Shown here one piece after another: positions 38,501 through 48,221 of a stretch of 60,000 nucleotides of DNA (its first letter is position 1; the number at the start of each line of letters is the position of its first letter). This DNA is from Vicugna vicugna (Eukaryota), in contig MU057801.1 in assembly GCA_013265495.1 (NCBI GenBank), forward strand, positions 2,326,301-2,386,300, read 5' to 3'. Made by a program: the position numbers and the translations under genes. The notes beneath the pieces were generated by a model. The model was not told the origin of the DNA, ran no database searches, and saw only the letters and a program-made list of their open reading frames with translations.

Positions 38501-40304
38501 TTGTAATAGTGCAAGGTTTCCTCTTTCCAGGATTCTCCGGGAATTCCCCGGTTTCTTTCGGCTGAGGCATGTGGACCCCCCGGTGTCCCTCCCACCCAGG
38601 TTCTGTCTCTACCCAGAACAGCCCCAGCCCAGCCCCGTCTGGTCACCCGGCTGGAGTGCAGGGAGAGCCAGACCCGAGACGCCCTCCCTCAAGCCTGCCC
38701 CTGCCTTCTGCCCCTGTCGATTCACTTCTCCACAGGCGGCGAGCTGTCTTCTACCTCGCAGTGCCTTCACCTGCTACGAGCACTTCAGCGTTCTGCCCCG
38801 GATTTCCAAATCTGCCTCAACAATGGCATTTCGCGTTCAGTAACATCTGCATAGCGTCTGGCCTGTAACTCTCGGGGGGCATAGATCCCCAGTCACGCCC
38901 ACTGGCGTGGGCCTGCATTAAGGCCCCTTCTCCACACTCAGCACGAAGCACGTTCACGCCTCCGCAGATGCGCCCACGTGTCGCCTCACTCCAGTCCTGC
39001 TCTGAGGTCTGACCCCGCGGTTCTGCCTGGTTGCTGCACATTCCTCACAAAGTCCCACTGTGAACAGGAGGGCCTCCGACTCAGGGCCAGCTTGCGGGCC
39101 TCACGCCCCCCTCGCTGCCCTGCAGGCCCCGGGTTGTGTCTAGGGAGCCCCAAGATCAGCCCGAGGTCCACCCAGGCCCCAGTCACTTCTTCCCTTCTGC
39201 CTCCCGCCCTGGACGCTTCGTGGTGACAGGGACCCAGGTTCGCTCACGTTTATCTTATAAACACTCGGTTGTCCCCAGCGCCGGGCCTTCCACAACCCAC
39301 GTACAGGCAGTTTAGACGCTGAGACCGAAAGCAGAATTGTCAGCTGCCAGGAAGGCTTCCTGCTCGGCCCTGGCCGGGTGCCGAGCCTCGCATCTGCACA
39401 GACTTGCCTCAGGTGCCTGGAGCCGCACCTCAGACGTGCCCTGCTGGAAGGTGTCCCCTGACGGCTGGACTCTCCTCTCTGGGGGACCGGCATGCAAGGA
39501 GGTGGCACTGGCTGGTCCCCCTGGCGGCTGCCCTGCTGATGGGTTCCTGTGGTCCGAGTGCATGTCCTCAAGCCCGTAGACACTGCCCCTCCAGCCAGCA
39601 GAACAGCACACGCCTGGGGCTCAGCACGGGGAAGCAGTCGGGTGGCTGCCCCTGAGCTGGGGACATCCCTGCCTGGTGGTGAGAGGAGGGTGTCACAGTA
39701 TCAGGGATCTTTCTGGAAGCCACAGTCCCCGCCCTGGAGGCGGCCTCAGGACTTTGGCTGGGCTTCCTTTGGTGGGTCGGGGGCCAGCCTGGGATGGCCG
39801 GGCCGGGGGAGGCTGGGTGTCAGCTGGGGGATCCCTGCCCAGGTGCCCTCACACCTGCCTCCGCTCAGACCCGGCTCCCCTCTGGTGAGGCTGCTCCCCA
39901 GCTTCACTTTGTGAGAATTCACTCACCTCCCGGACTCTCCTGCAGGGTCCTCTGCTCTGGAACCTCCTTCTGAGCGCCGCCCCCCACCCCGGGCTGCACC
40001 TTCGGGTGTCTCCTGCAAAGACCGGCCTCCCCGCCGCTGCCCCTCTGCCTCTGGCACTGGCTTCAAGGCCCTTCGGGCAGATGGTCTGGGTTCACATCCC
40101 GGTCACGGTGGGCGGGTCACCTCCGTTTGACATGCCTGGGTCTCCGCACCTGGAAAGCGGGTGTGAAATGCTTCCGCTGTCCTGACGGTTAAGAGGTAAC
40201 TCAGGAGAGGGCCTAGGGCGGGCTCACGGTGTCAGCTGTTACCATGTCGTCCTTCCTGCCACCCGACCCTGCCGCAGGGCTCGTGCAACGAGTGGCTGGT
40301 GGCG

Positions 40305-40530
40305 TGCGCACGCGCGTGAGCACACGCACACGCTGTGCACGCACCACACACAAACATCACCCCCACACACACCACGTACACAAGCACACACACACCACAC
40401 ACTCACACTGCACACTTATCATACATGCACATGTGCACACTACACACACATCACACACACATGCACACAGTCACACACACACACACACGACACACTCATG
40501 GACACACAGCGCCTCTCAAATACACACAGC
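40305..40530 (+). repeat. Imperfect (CA)n low-complexity tract
   Basis: CA/CAC-rich run seen directly. Confidence 0.9.
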
Positions 40531-40900
40531 CAGAATTCCGAGGAAAGGAGGACAGACAAATCCACAATCCAATCCCCATGAGGGGTTTTAACATGTCACC
40601 CAGGAACAGACGGAGAAGCAGACAGAACCCCAAACCCAAACCAAACTCAGAAAAACAAAACAAAGTAGGGAGGGTCCCTGTGGGGAAGTTTTGATCACAC
40701 GGGCCACCTGGGATATGTCCATCCCTAACTTTGCACCTGAAAAGTGCAGAAGACACAGTCTTTTCAAGAACGTGGACCACTGGCCATATTCTGGGGAATA
40801 AAACAGGTCTCGGCCAATTTCACAGGAGAGACGGAATAGAGAGGCTGTTCTCTGAACGGAGCGGCCTTGGGCCGGAGGTCGGGAGGAGGAAAGGCCATCA
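40530..40900 (+). mobile_element. Ancient L1 endonuclease relic
   Basis: gcagaagacacagtcttttcaag...ggccatattctggggaataaaacaggtctc, resembling the L1 endonuclease YTFFS...DHIL region. Confidence 0.6.
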
Positions 40901-41473
40901 GGAAATGGGCGGCCGTGCGAGAGAACACGGCACCGCCAGCGGGGCCCCAGGCGGAGGGCACGTCAGGGAACCAGGCGCGTTTGGAGCGCAGAAAGCCAGG
41001 GTCAGGCATGGCCGGCGGGGAGCGCGGAGCCAGGTGGGCTTCTGGAGGAGGTCAGGGCGGCGGTGAGCACAGCTCCCCTCAGACACCCCCACTGTCGGCT
41101 GCACGCCCCATGCTCCCAGCCCGGCCGGCCGCGTGGGCTCCAGCCAAGGTCACAGCAGGCTTGGCCGCTGCCGTGCTGCCCGGGAAGGGACTCCCGTGAC
41201 CCCGGCGGTCCCAGCTGCACGGCTCTGAAGGCGGCAGGGTGGACGCAGGGCCCAGCAGGAGGGACCCGCCCAGGCTGAAGCCCTGGAAACGTGGAGCACG
41301 GAGCCTGCAGCACTCGTGTCCAGCATCCAGGGTTCCTGTGACCAGGGGTGGACAATGTGACCCCCTGCGCTGCCTCCTGTTCGGTGCCAGCAGGAGGGAC
41401 AGGCAGTGGGGTGCTGAGGAGCTGGCCTGCGGGGGTCGCCCATCGCCCGTCCTCCCCGCTGACGCCGGACAGC

Positions 41474-41674
41474 ATGTTCCCGAAGGCGTCTCTGCTGCTG
41501 GGGCTCACTGTCCCCGGCAGCCAGCTCTGGACCTTTCGAAAGGCCTTTGCGGACATTAGTAAGAACCACGGTTATTTCACGGTGTCCGTGGAGTTGGCCG
41601 TCACTTGCTTCAGCAGTGGCAGCGAGGACGCGCAGGCCCACAGGCTGCTGGAGGTCGGGCGAGCCCAGCAGGAG
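41474..41674 (+). CDS. CST16: CST12-family cystatin A (probable cystatin-16-like), coding exon 1 (join 41474-41674, 42170-42280, 43758-43901; 151 aa)
   Basis: MFPKASLLLGLTVPGSQLWTFRKAFADISKNHGYFTVSVELAV...AHRLLEVGRAQQE, then donor GTGAGT. Resembles ungulate cystatin-16 as I recall it; the orthology name is tentative. Confidence 0.75.
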
Positions 41675-42169
41675 GTGAGTGGCCGTCGGGAGCCCAGGCC
41701 CAACCCTGGTCCTGGTGACCAGCCCTGAGCCGGCCCACGTCAGCGGGGCTCTGAGGGGATGGCGCAGCTCTGAAGGCACCCGGGGGACCAGGATCCCAGC
41801 CTCCCTCCCCGGAAGGAGGGGCCTGGGACCTCCGCGTGTCGGCCGATGTGACTGAGGGGCGGGTCTGCTGTCAGGTGTGCCATGCGCATGCGCGCCCTGC
41901 TTCCCGTGCCTGTCCCCCGCCACGTACGTCAGGCACTGGTGGTGGGGGTCCTGAGCCGGCCATCAGTGGGGGTGGGGGGAGGCCAGGCTGCCAGAGGTGC
42001 CCTCGGGGTCATCCCCTTTTTGGTTTTGTGCTTGTAGGGAAGTTGCACACGGCTTGTGTGACCTGTTTACACACCTCGTCTGGTCTTCTGTCCACTTTTC
42101 TACTTGGTTCTCTGCCTTTTTTCATTCACGGAAAGCAAATGTAGCAGCTGCTTCATGATTCCTCGACAG

Positions 42170-42280
42170 AATTGGACAGTGATATTTTTAATGGACCTGG
42201 AGCTGGGCCGGACAATTTGCAGAAAACGTGCTGAAGACCTCGGCCACTGTCCCCTGCAAGAAGGCCCGGGAGAGAAGAAG
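42170..42280 (+). CDS. CST16: Cystatin-16-like, coding exon 2
   Basis: cag acceptor, then [37 protein letters not shown], then donor GTTTGA. CST12-family GRTxC...CPLQEGPGE signature. Confidence 0.8.
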
Positions 42281-42449
42281 GTTTGAGAATAAATCAGCAC
42301 AAAGCTCCCTGAATCTTCTGACAGTGAAGCATAACACGCGGGAGAGTGTGTGAGAGAACCTGCCGCCCCCGCGTGCGTCCTGTTCTCCCCACACAGGACG
42401 CCTTGCTCCTGGCCCTTCTGGTCACCACGTATGGGGGTTTTTTCACACG

Positions 42450-43110
42450 AAATAATTCTCTGGGACACCAGGTGTCTATCCGGAGGTGATGTCAGATCTC
42501 ACGGGTTAGGGCTCAGCCCCCGACACCACTCCCTGCTTGCAGGTGCCAGATGCGAGCAGCATGCCCCCAGGGGCCCACAGCTTCCGGCCAATTTGCTACA
42601 CCTCGGAGATTGCCACCCCGCTCTTCAGGTGTGATGAGTTTGCTAGTCCGGCTCACAGCTCAGGGAAGGATGCTCAGGGTGTGACCCGGACACAGAGGCG
42701 CAGCCAGGTGCAGAGATGCCCGGGGTGAGGTCTGGGGGTCCCGAGCACAGGGGCTCCTGGCCCATGGAGCTGGGGGGGGCGGCGTCGCCCAGTGTGGATG
42801 TGTCCATCAGCCTGGAATCTCTCCAAACCCTTTGCTTTGGGAATTTTCGGAGACTTCATCACATGGGCATGATCAATCATCAACTCTGTCTCCAGCCGCA
42901 GCCCTTCTCCGGAGGATGAGGGGTGGGGCTGAGAATCCCAAGCTTCTAAAGATGTCTTGGTCTTTCTGGTGAGCAGCCCCCACCCAGGAGCCCACCAGGG
43001 TCACCTCAGTAGGATAGGAGGTGCTCCTGGTGGGTTCACCAGTTAGGAGTTCACGAGAGGCTAGGGGGCTCTGTGCCAGGAACCTGGGCAGAGACCAACT
43101 TAAGCATTCT
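42450..43110. mobile_element. MER21-like LTR in intron 2 of the cystatin-16-like gene
   Basis: aattctctgggacaccag...ggggctgagaatcccaagcttcta...ctctgtgccaggaacc; absent from the paralogue's intron 2. Confidence 0.65.
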
Positions 43111-43206
43111 CTATGCGAGGGGGCTTAGGAAAGTCACAGGGGTGACCCTGGGGCAGAATGCTGGGGAGGACCGGAGGACCAGAGGACCGGAGTACGGCTA
43201 GGTTCG

Positions 43207-44048
43207 CTGGTCACCCCACCTCTCCCCTGGTCCCTGGGCTGCGAGGACAAGCCCGGCTCAGCCAGTCCTCCTGCCATCATCCTGCGAGCTGACGTCTGGT
43301 CCACTGGACTGGGACCATGGGTGTGGGCCTCAGTCAGGGGGACGCCCTCCTTGGGGCTGGTGTCCCCTGTTGCCAGCCTGGGGGGCAGCCTCCCCTTGGG
43401 GTGGGTCTGCAGCCACTCCCAGGTGGGTGGGCGCCATCTGGACCCTCTCCTGGGCAGTCTGCCGGCTCCCAGAGCCCACAGGCAGGGGCCCTTCATACAG
43501 CATCATGGTGGGCGGGGGGCCTGGGGGACAGGCAATGGCCCCACCGGGCAGTCTCTGGGGAGCCCCCATCCTGGATCCTGGACGGGTGGATTCAGCACCC
43601 CCGCCCGTCACCCAGGCGGACCTGCGCTCCCGAGCCCGGCCCCAGGCCTTTCCTCCCTCTTTAGCTTTTAACCCATCCGGGCACCTGCGAAGTCCTCCAC
43701 GCCACGTGCTCTCACTGCTACGTTGGTCTGATTATGTCTTACGGTGCCTTTTTCCAGGTGAGCTGCACTTTCGTGGTGGACTCGCAACCCTGGATCACCC
43801 AGTTCACCCTCGTGAACAGCACCTGCCAGCAGAACCAGGGGGAAGGGCCCCCGGCTCCCGCAGCAGACCCTCTTCCTCTGGATGACGTTCCGGGGTCCTA
43901 GGTCTGTGTGGCACCAAGGGAAGTAAAGGCACCTCAGAGCTCTCTGGCCCCTGTCAGTTCTGTGTGCTCCCTAATGGTCCGTTTCCATGGATGTCACTGC
44001 CGGTGACGAGTGATGGAGAAGTTGTCACTGTTGTTCCCACCTGGGCTG
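43207..44048 (+). repeat. Near-identical duplicated tract, copy 1
   Basis: About 99% identical to 47286-48129 by line-by-line comparison. Confidence 0.97.
43758..43901 (+). CDS. CST16: Cystatin-16-like, coding exon 3 (with extended tail)
   Basis: Acceptor ctttttccag, then VSCTFVVDSQPWITQFTLVNSTCQQNQGEGPPAPAADPLPLDDVPGS*. AGTAAA at 43922-43927. Confidence 0.78.
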   Translation: MSCTFVVDSQPWITQFTLVNSTCQQNQGEGPPAPAADPLPLDDVPGS

Positions 44049-45095
44049 TGGGGCAGGACAGTCAGGCATGGCCACCCCCCGAAGCAGGTCCCTGCGCCCT
44101 CCTTGTGCCTGCCCTGGCAAGAGTGCACCGTGTCCCTCAGAGGCGTGGCCATGAGGCTGGTGACAAGGGTGTCCCCCAGTGTCCACACTCCCTCTCTTCC
44201 GTGCCAGCCCCAGTCCTGTCCTAGAACGGGTCCCCATGACTGTGGTCCAGGCCTCCCCTTCCTGGGATCATCTCACTGGCAGGTGATCCTTGTCCCCACA
44301 CCCCAGGGGGAGCATTGTTCACGGGCAGCACACCCTACATTGCCGGCCTCCCGGCTCCCAGGCCATGTACGCGTCCCAGGCTGGGTACTTCAGCATCATG
44401 GGTCCTGTGAGGAGAGCGTGACGAAGCCACATGGCAGTGGCCTCAGGACCCTAGAGGGCAGAGCTGCATGAACGCACGTCAGCTGGGCTGGCGGGCCCGA
44501 CTTCCCCAGCCCCGACCGCTCTCCTGCCTGTGGCTGGGGCTCACGTCCAGTCCTGCAGAGCCCCTGCCTTGGGGTGACTTCCCCCTTGTGCCCCCCTCCC
44601 AGCTGCCAAGCACGGCCAGGCCTCCTGGGCAGACGGTCAGCCGGGCCAGGGGTGGTGGGAAGGGTGGGCCCCCAGCCCGTGGCCCCCCTCACTGCACCCT
44701 CCTGGTGCTCCCTGTGGTCACAGGCCACAGCCAAGTCAGAGGGAGACCAGGGCTCCCCTTTGCTCCCCAGGATTCGGGGCCCGCCAGTACGAAGTGTCCC
44801 CGTGGTTCCACTGGTCCCAGGATGCACTGCCGAGGGGGCAGCGCAAGGAGACCCTCACCCAGGCCCCGCTGGGGACAGAGCCACCGCACACATGTCCCCA
44901 GGCCCAGGCTTCCCAGACAAGCGGTGGGAGTCGTGCCTCTCGCTCTGCCTTCAGTCTGGTGGTGACAGCAGGGCGGGCGGGGACGCAGAGGAGGGGCCGG
45001 GCAGCAGTGCAGGGGCGGGGAGCTGGGCAGGGCGAGCCGCCACCGCCACCCCCGCTGGGCTCTGCGGGGCTCCAGGCTGACGCCAGACAGACAGC

Positions 45096-45290
45096 ATGTT
45101 CCCGAGGGAGCCTGTGCTGCTGGGGCTCCTGGTGCTGGGGCTGCACGTCGGCAGCTGGGACTTCGAGGATGTTAGTAAGAGCACAAATTTCTTCGGCATG
45201 TGTGTGGAATTCGCTGTGTTTCACTTCAACGAGCACCATCCCGATGAGTACGCTTACAAGCTGATGTGGGTGGGGAGGAGCCAGCGCAAG
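45096..45290 (+). CDS. CST15: CST12-family cystatin B (probable cystatin-15 / cystatin-12-like), coding exon 1 (join 45096-45290, 47039-47149, 47838-47981; 149 aa)
   Basis: MFPREPVLLGLLVLGLHVGSWDFEDVSKSTNFFGMCVEFAVFHFNEHHPDEYAYKLMWVGRSQRK, then donor GTGAGG. The VFHFNE...AYK segment resembles Cst12/CST15; the name is tentative. Confidence 0.78.
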
Positions 45291-47038
45291 GTGAGGGGCG
45301 CAGGGGAGCGGGTGGGGGTGCGGGGTTAGGGGTGTGTGGGTGAGGGGTGGGGGGCTCCCCTGTGGCCCCACCATCCCCCTGAAACCAAGCCTGGAGGGCG
45401 CGCCCGTGGTCTGCAGGGAAGAGCAAAGTGAACGAAGTCTAAAAATATGAGGTAGCGTTAGAAGGGAGAGATCCCACAGAGCTCCAGCCGGCGCCTCTCT
45501 GGACGTTGTGGGTGCGGGGGCGGCAGCTGGGGCCAGCGGAGAGCAGGGTGTGGGATCTGGTCCCTGGTCCCTGGTCCCTGGGAGGTAGAAGAAAAGCTGG
45601 CTTCTAAGTCTGCTTGGAGGTGATGTGGGGGCACTGATGGGGGTGGGGGCAGGCACGGACCCCAGGTTTTGCCCTGAGCACGTGGGTGAACAGTACTCAC
45701 CAACTTGCAAGACCATGGAGTAGGGCAGGGACCAGAAGATGCCTGGGAACCCATCACCTTCGGAATTCCTGAAGCAGCCTAGGAAGGCCTGGAAGGCTGT
45801 GGGTCACAGAGCATCACTGAGCGTCAGGGTGGAGCCGGATGACAGTGGGCGTCCTTAGACCTGGTTGTGCAGGGGTTCCTCCCACCCCGCTCCCCCTCGC
45901 CCTTCCACTGGAGTAACTGTGGTCCAGCCGTCGGGAGCCCGGGTCCTACCCTGGTACCAGTGACCAGCCCCGAGCCAGTCCACGTCAGTGAGGCTCTGAG
46001 GAGAGGGTCCCCTCTGCACACACTCCCGAAGGGACTGGAGGGAGGCCCCCACCCTGCACAGATGGTCCAGCTTCCCTTGTGTGGCCCCATCTCCTGACCG
46101 GCTGCCTCTTCCCTGGGCTGCGTCCCAGCCCGGAACCAGGGAAGCCCAGGCTGCCTCCCCCGCCCAACCCGCCCTCACCCAGGACGTGCGGGCGTGAGGG
46201 GTGGGCGTGCGCACGTGTGGCCGGGGGCCTCCGCTGCAGGGATCCCTGGGCCCCGAACGAAGCCAGCTTTCTGCAGGGAGGGCTGCTCCTGCCTGCGGAG
46301 CTTTCTGGCTGCCTTCCTCTCGGTGTTTGGGATCTTCCCGAGTGTTCCCCACCTCTAAGTAGGGGATGAAATCATAACGCGCAGTGAGCTGTCGGAGGAG
46401 CAGCGCCTGGCCCCCGAGCACCCGCCCACCCGGACCCGGATGAGAGTTGGCTAGTGAGTCCCTGGTGCCGCAGCTCCCCCCACCCCCACCGTGGGAGAGA
46501 GGGCCCCCGGCCCCCAGGCCCTTCCCGATCTGGGTGCAGCCCCCGAGGGATGGCGCGGCTCTGACGGCGGCCCCGGGGACCAGGATCCCCGCCCCCCTCC
46601 CCGGAAGGAGGGGCCTGGGGCCTCCGCGTGTCAGCCGATGTGACTGAGGGGCGGGTCTGCTGTCAGGCGTGCCGTGCGCGTGCGTGTGCGCTCAGCGCCG
46701 CGCGCCCTGCTTCCCGTGCCTGTCCCCCGCCACGTACGTCTGGCACTGATGAAGGGGGTCCCGGAGCCGGCCGTCAGGGGGAGTGCAGCGGAGAGGAGGC
46801 CAGGCTGCTGGAGGTGCACTCAGGGACATCTCTTTGTAAGAAAAGTAGAGAATTAAAATGAAAAAGTGAAATAATAAAGAAAATAAGAAACAGGAACAAT
46901 AAGCGAAGTGCACCAGCTGTGCCTCACTCACCTGCCTGCGCACGTTCGAGCCTACCGCCCATTTCCTGTTTGCTTCTCTGTGTCTTTCTCATTATCGCAA
47001 AGAATTTCACAGGCGCTTCTACAATCTCTTCTTTACAG

Positions 47039-47149
47039 AAGCTTAGCTGGACGTATTTAATGGACCTGAAGCTGGGCCGCACGATTTGTAGGAAGCATGA
47101 CGAAGACATTGACAACTGTCCCCTGCAGGAAGGCCCAGGAGAGAAGACG
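47039..47149 (+). CDS. CST15: Cystatin-15-like, coding exon 2
   Basis: Acceptor tcttctttacag, then [37 protein letters not shown], then donor GTGTGA. 111 nt; tandem CAG-AAG (NAGNAG) acceptor. Confidence 0.82.
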
Positions 47150-47285
47150 GTGTGAGAATAAATCAGCCCAAAGCTTCAACGAGGCTTCTGACAGCAAAGC
47201 TGCATCAAGGACGGCCTATGGGGGGCTCGGGAAGGTCGCAGGGATGACCCTCCCCGCCGGGCCCCCAGGAGGACTGTTCAGCTCT

Positions 47286-48129
47286 CTGGTCACCCCACCT
47301 CTCCCCCTGGTCCCTGGGCTGCGAGGACAAGCCCGGCTCAGCCAGTCCTCCTGCCATCATCCTGCGAGCTGACGTCTGGTCCACTGGACTGGGACCATGG
47401 GTGTGGGCCTCAGTCAGGGGGACGCCCTCCTTGGGGCTGGTGTCCCCTGTTGCCAGCCTGGGGGGCAGCCTCCCCTTGGGGTGGGTCTGCAGCCACTCCC
47501 AGGTGGGTGGGCGCCATCTGGACCCTCTCCTGGGCAGTCTGCCGGCTCCCAGAGCCCACAGGCAGAGGCCATTCATACAGCATCATGGTGGGCAGGGGGC
47601 CTGGGGGACAGGCAATGGCCCCACCGGGCAGCCTCTGGGGAGCCCCCATCCTGGATCCTGGACGGGTGGATTCAGCACCCCCGCCCGTCACCCAGGCGGA
47701 CCTGCGCTCCCGAGCCCGGCCCCAGGCCTTTCCTCCCTCTTTAGCTTTTAACCCATCCGGGCACCTGCGAAGTCCTCCACGCCACGTGCTCTCACTGCTA
47801 CGTTGGTCTGATTATGTCTTACGGTGCCTTTTTCCAGGTGAGCTGCACTTTCGTGGTGGACTCGCAACCCTGGATCACCCAGTTCACCCTCGTGAACAGC
47901 ACCTGCCAGCAGAACCAGGGGGAAGGGCCCCCGGCTCCCGCAGCAGACCCTCTTCCTCTGGATGATGTTCCGGGGTCCTAGGTCTGTGTGGCACCAAAGG
48001 AAGTAAAGGCACCTCAGAGCTCTCTGGGCCCCTGTCAGTTCTGTGTGCTCCCCAATGGTCCGTTTCCATGGATGTCACTGCCGGTGACGAGTGATGGAGA
48101 AGTTGTCACTGTTGTTCCCACCTGGGCTG
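47286..48129 (+). repeat. Near-identical duplicated tract, copy 2
   Basis: About 99% identical to 43207-44048. Confidence 0.97.
47838..47981 (+). CDS. CST15: Cystatin-15-like, coding exon 3 (same peptide as exon 3 of the upstream paralogue)
   Basis: Same translation as 43758-43901 with one synonymous GAC/GAT difference; AGTAAA at 48002-48007. Confidence 0.8.
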   Translation: MSCTFVVDSQPWITQFTLVNSTCQQNQGEGPPAPAADPLPLDDVPGS

Positions 48130-48221
48130 CAGGTGCAGCAAGCTGAACCAATCAAACCCTCAACTCCTGTGGGGGTGCCCTTCCTGGTTCTTGCAGGGGT
48201 CCCATAGTTGGTGTGCACACT

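Noticed and set aside
47152..47157. Alternative consensus donor GTGAGA two bases into the cystatin-15-like intron 2
   Set aside because: It would put exon 3 out of frame with an immediate TGA, and the paralogue lacks this GT, so it was not used for the gene model.
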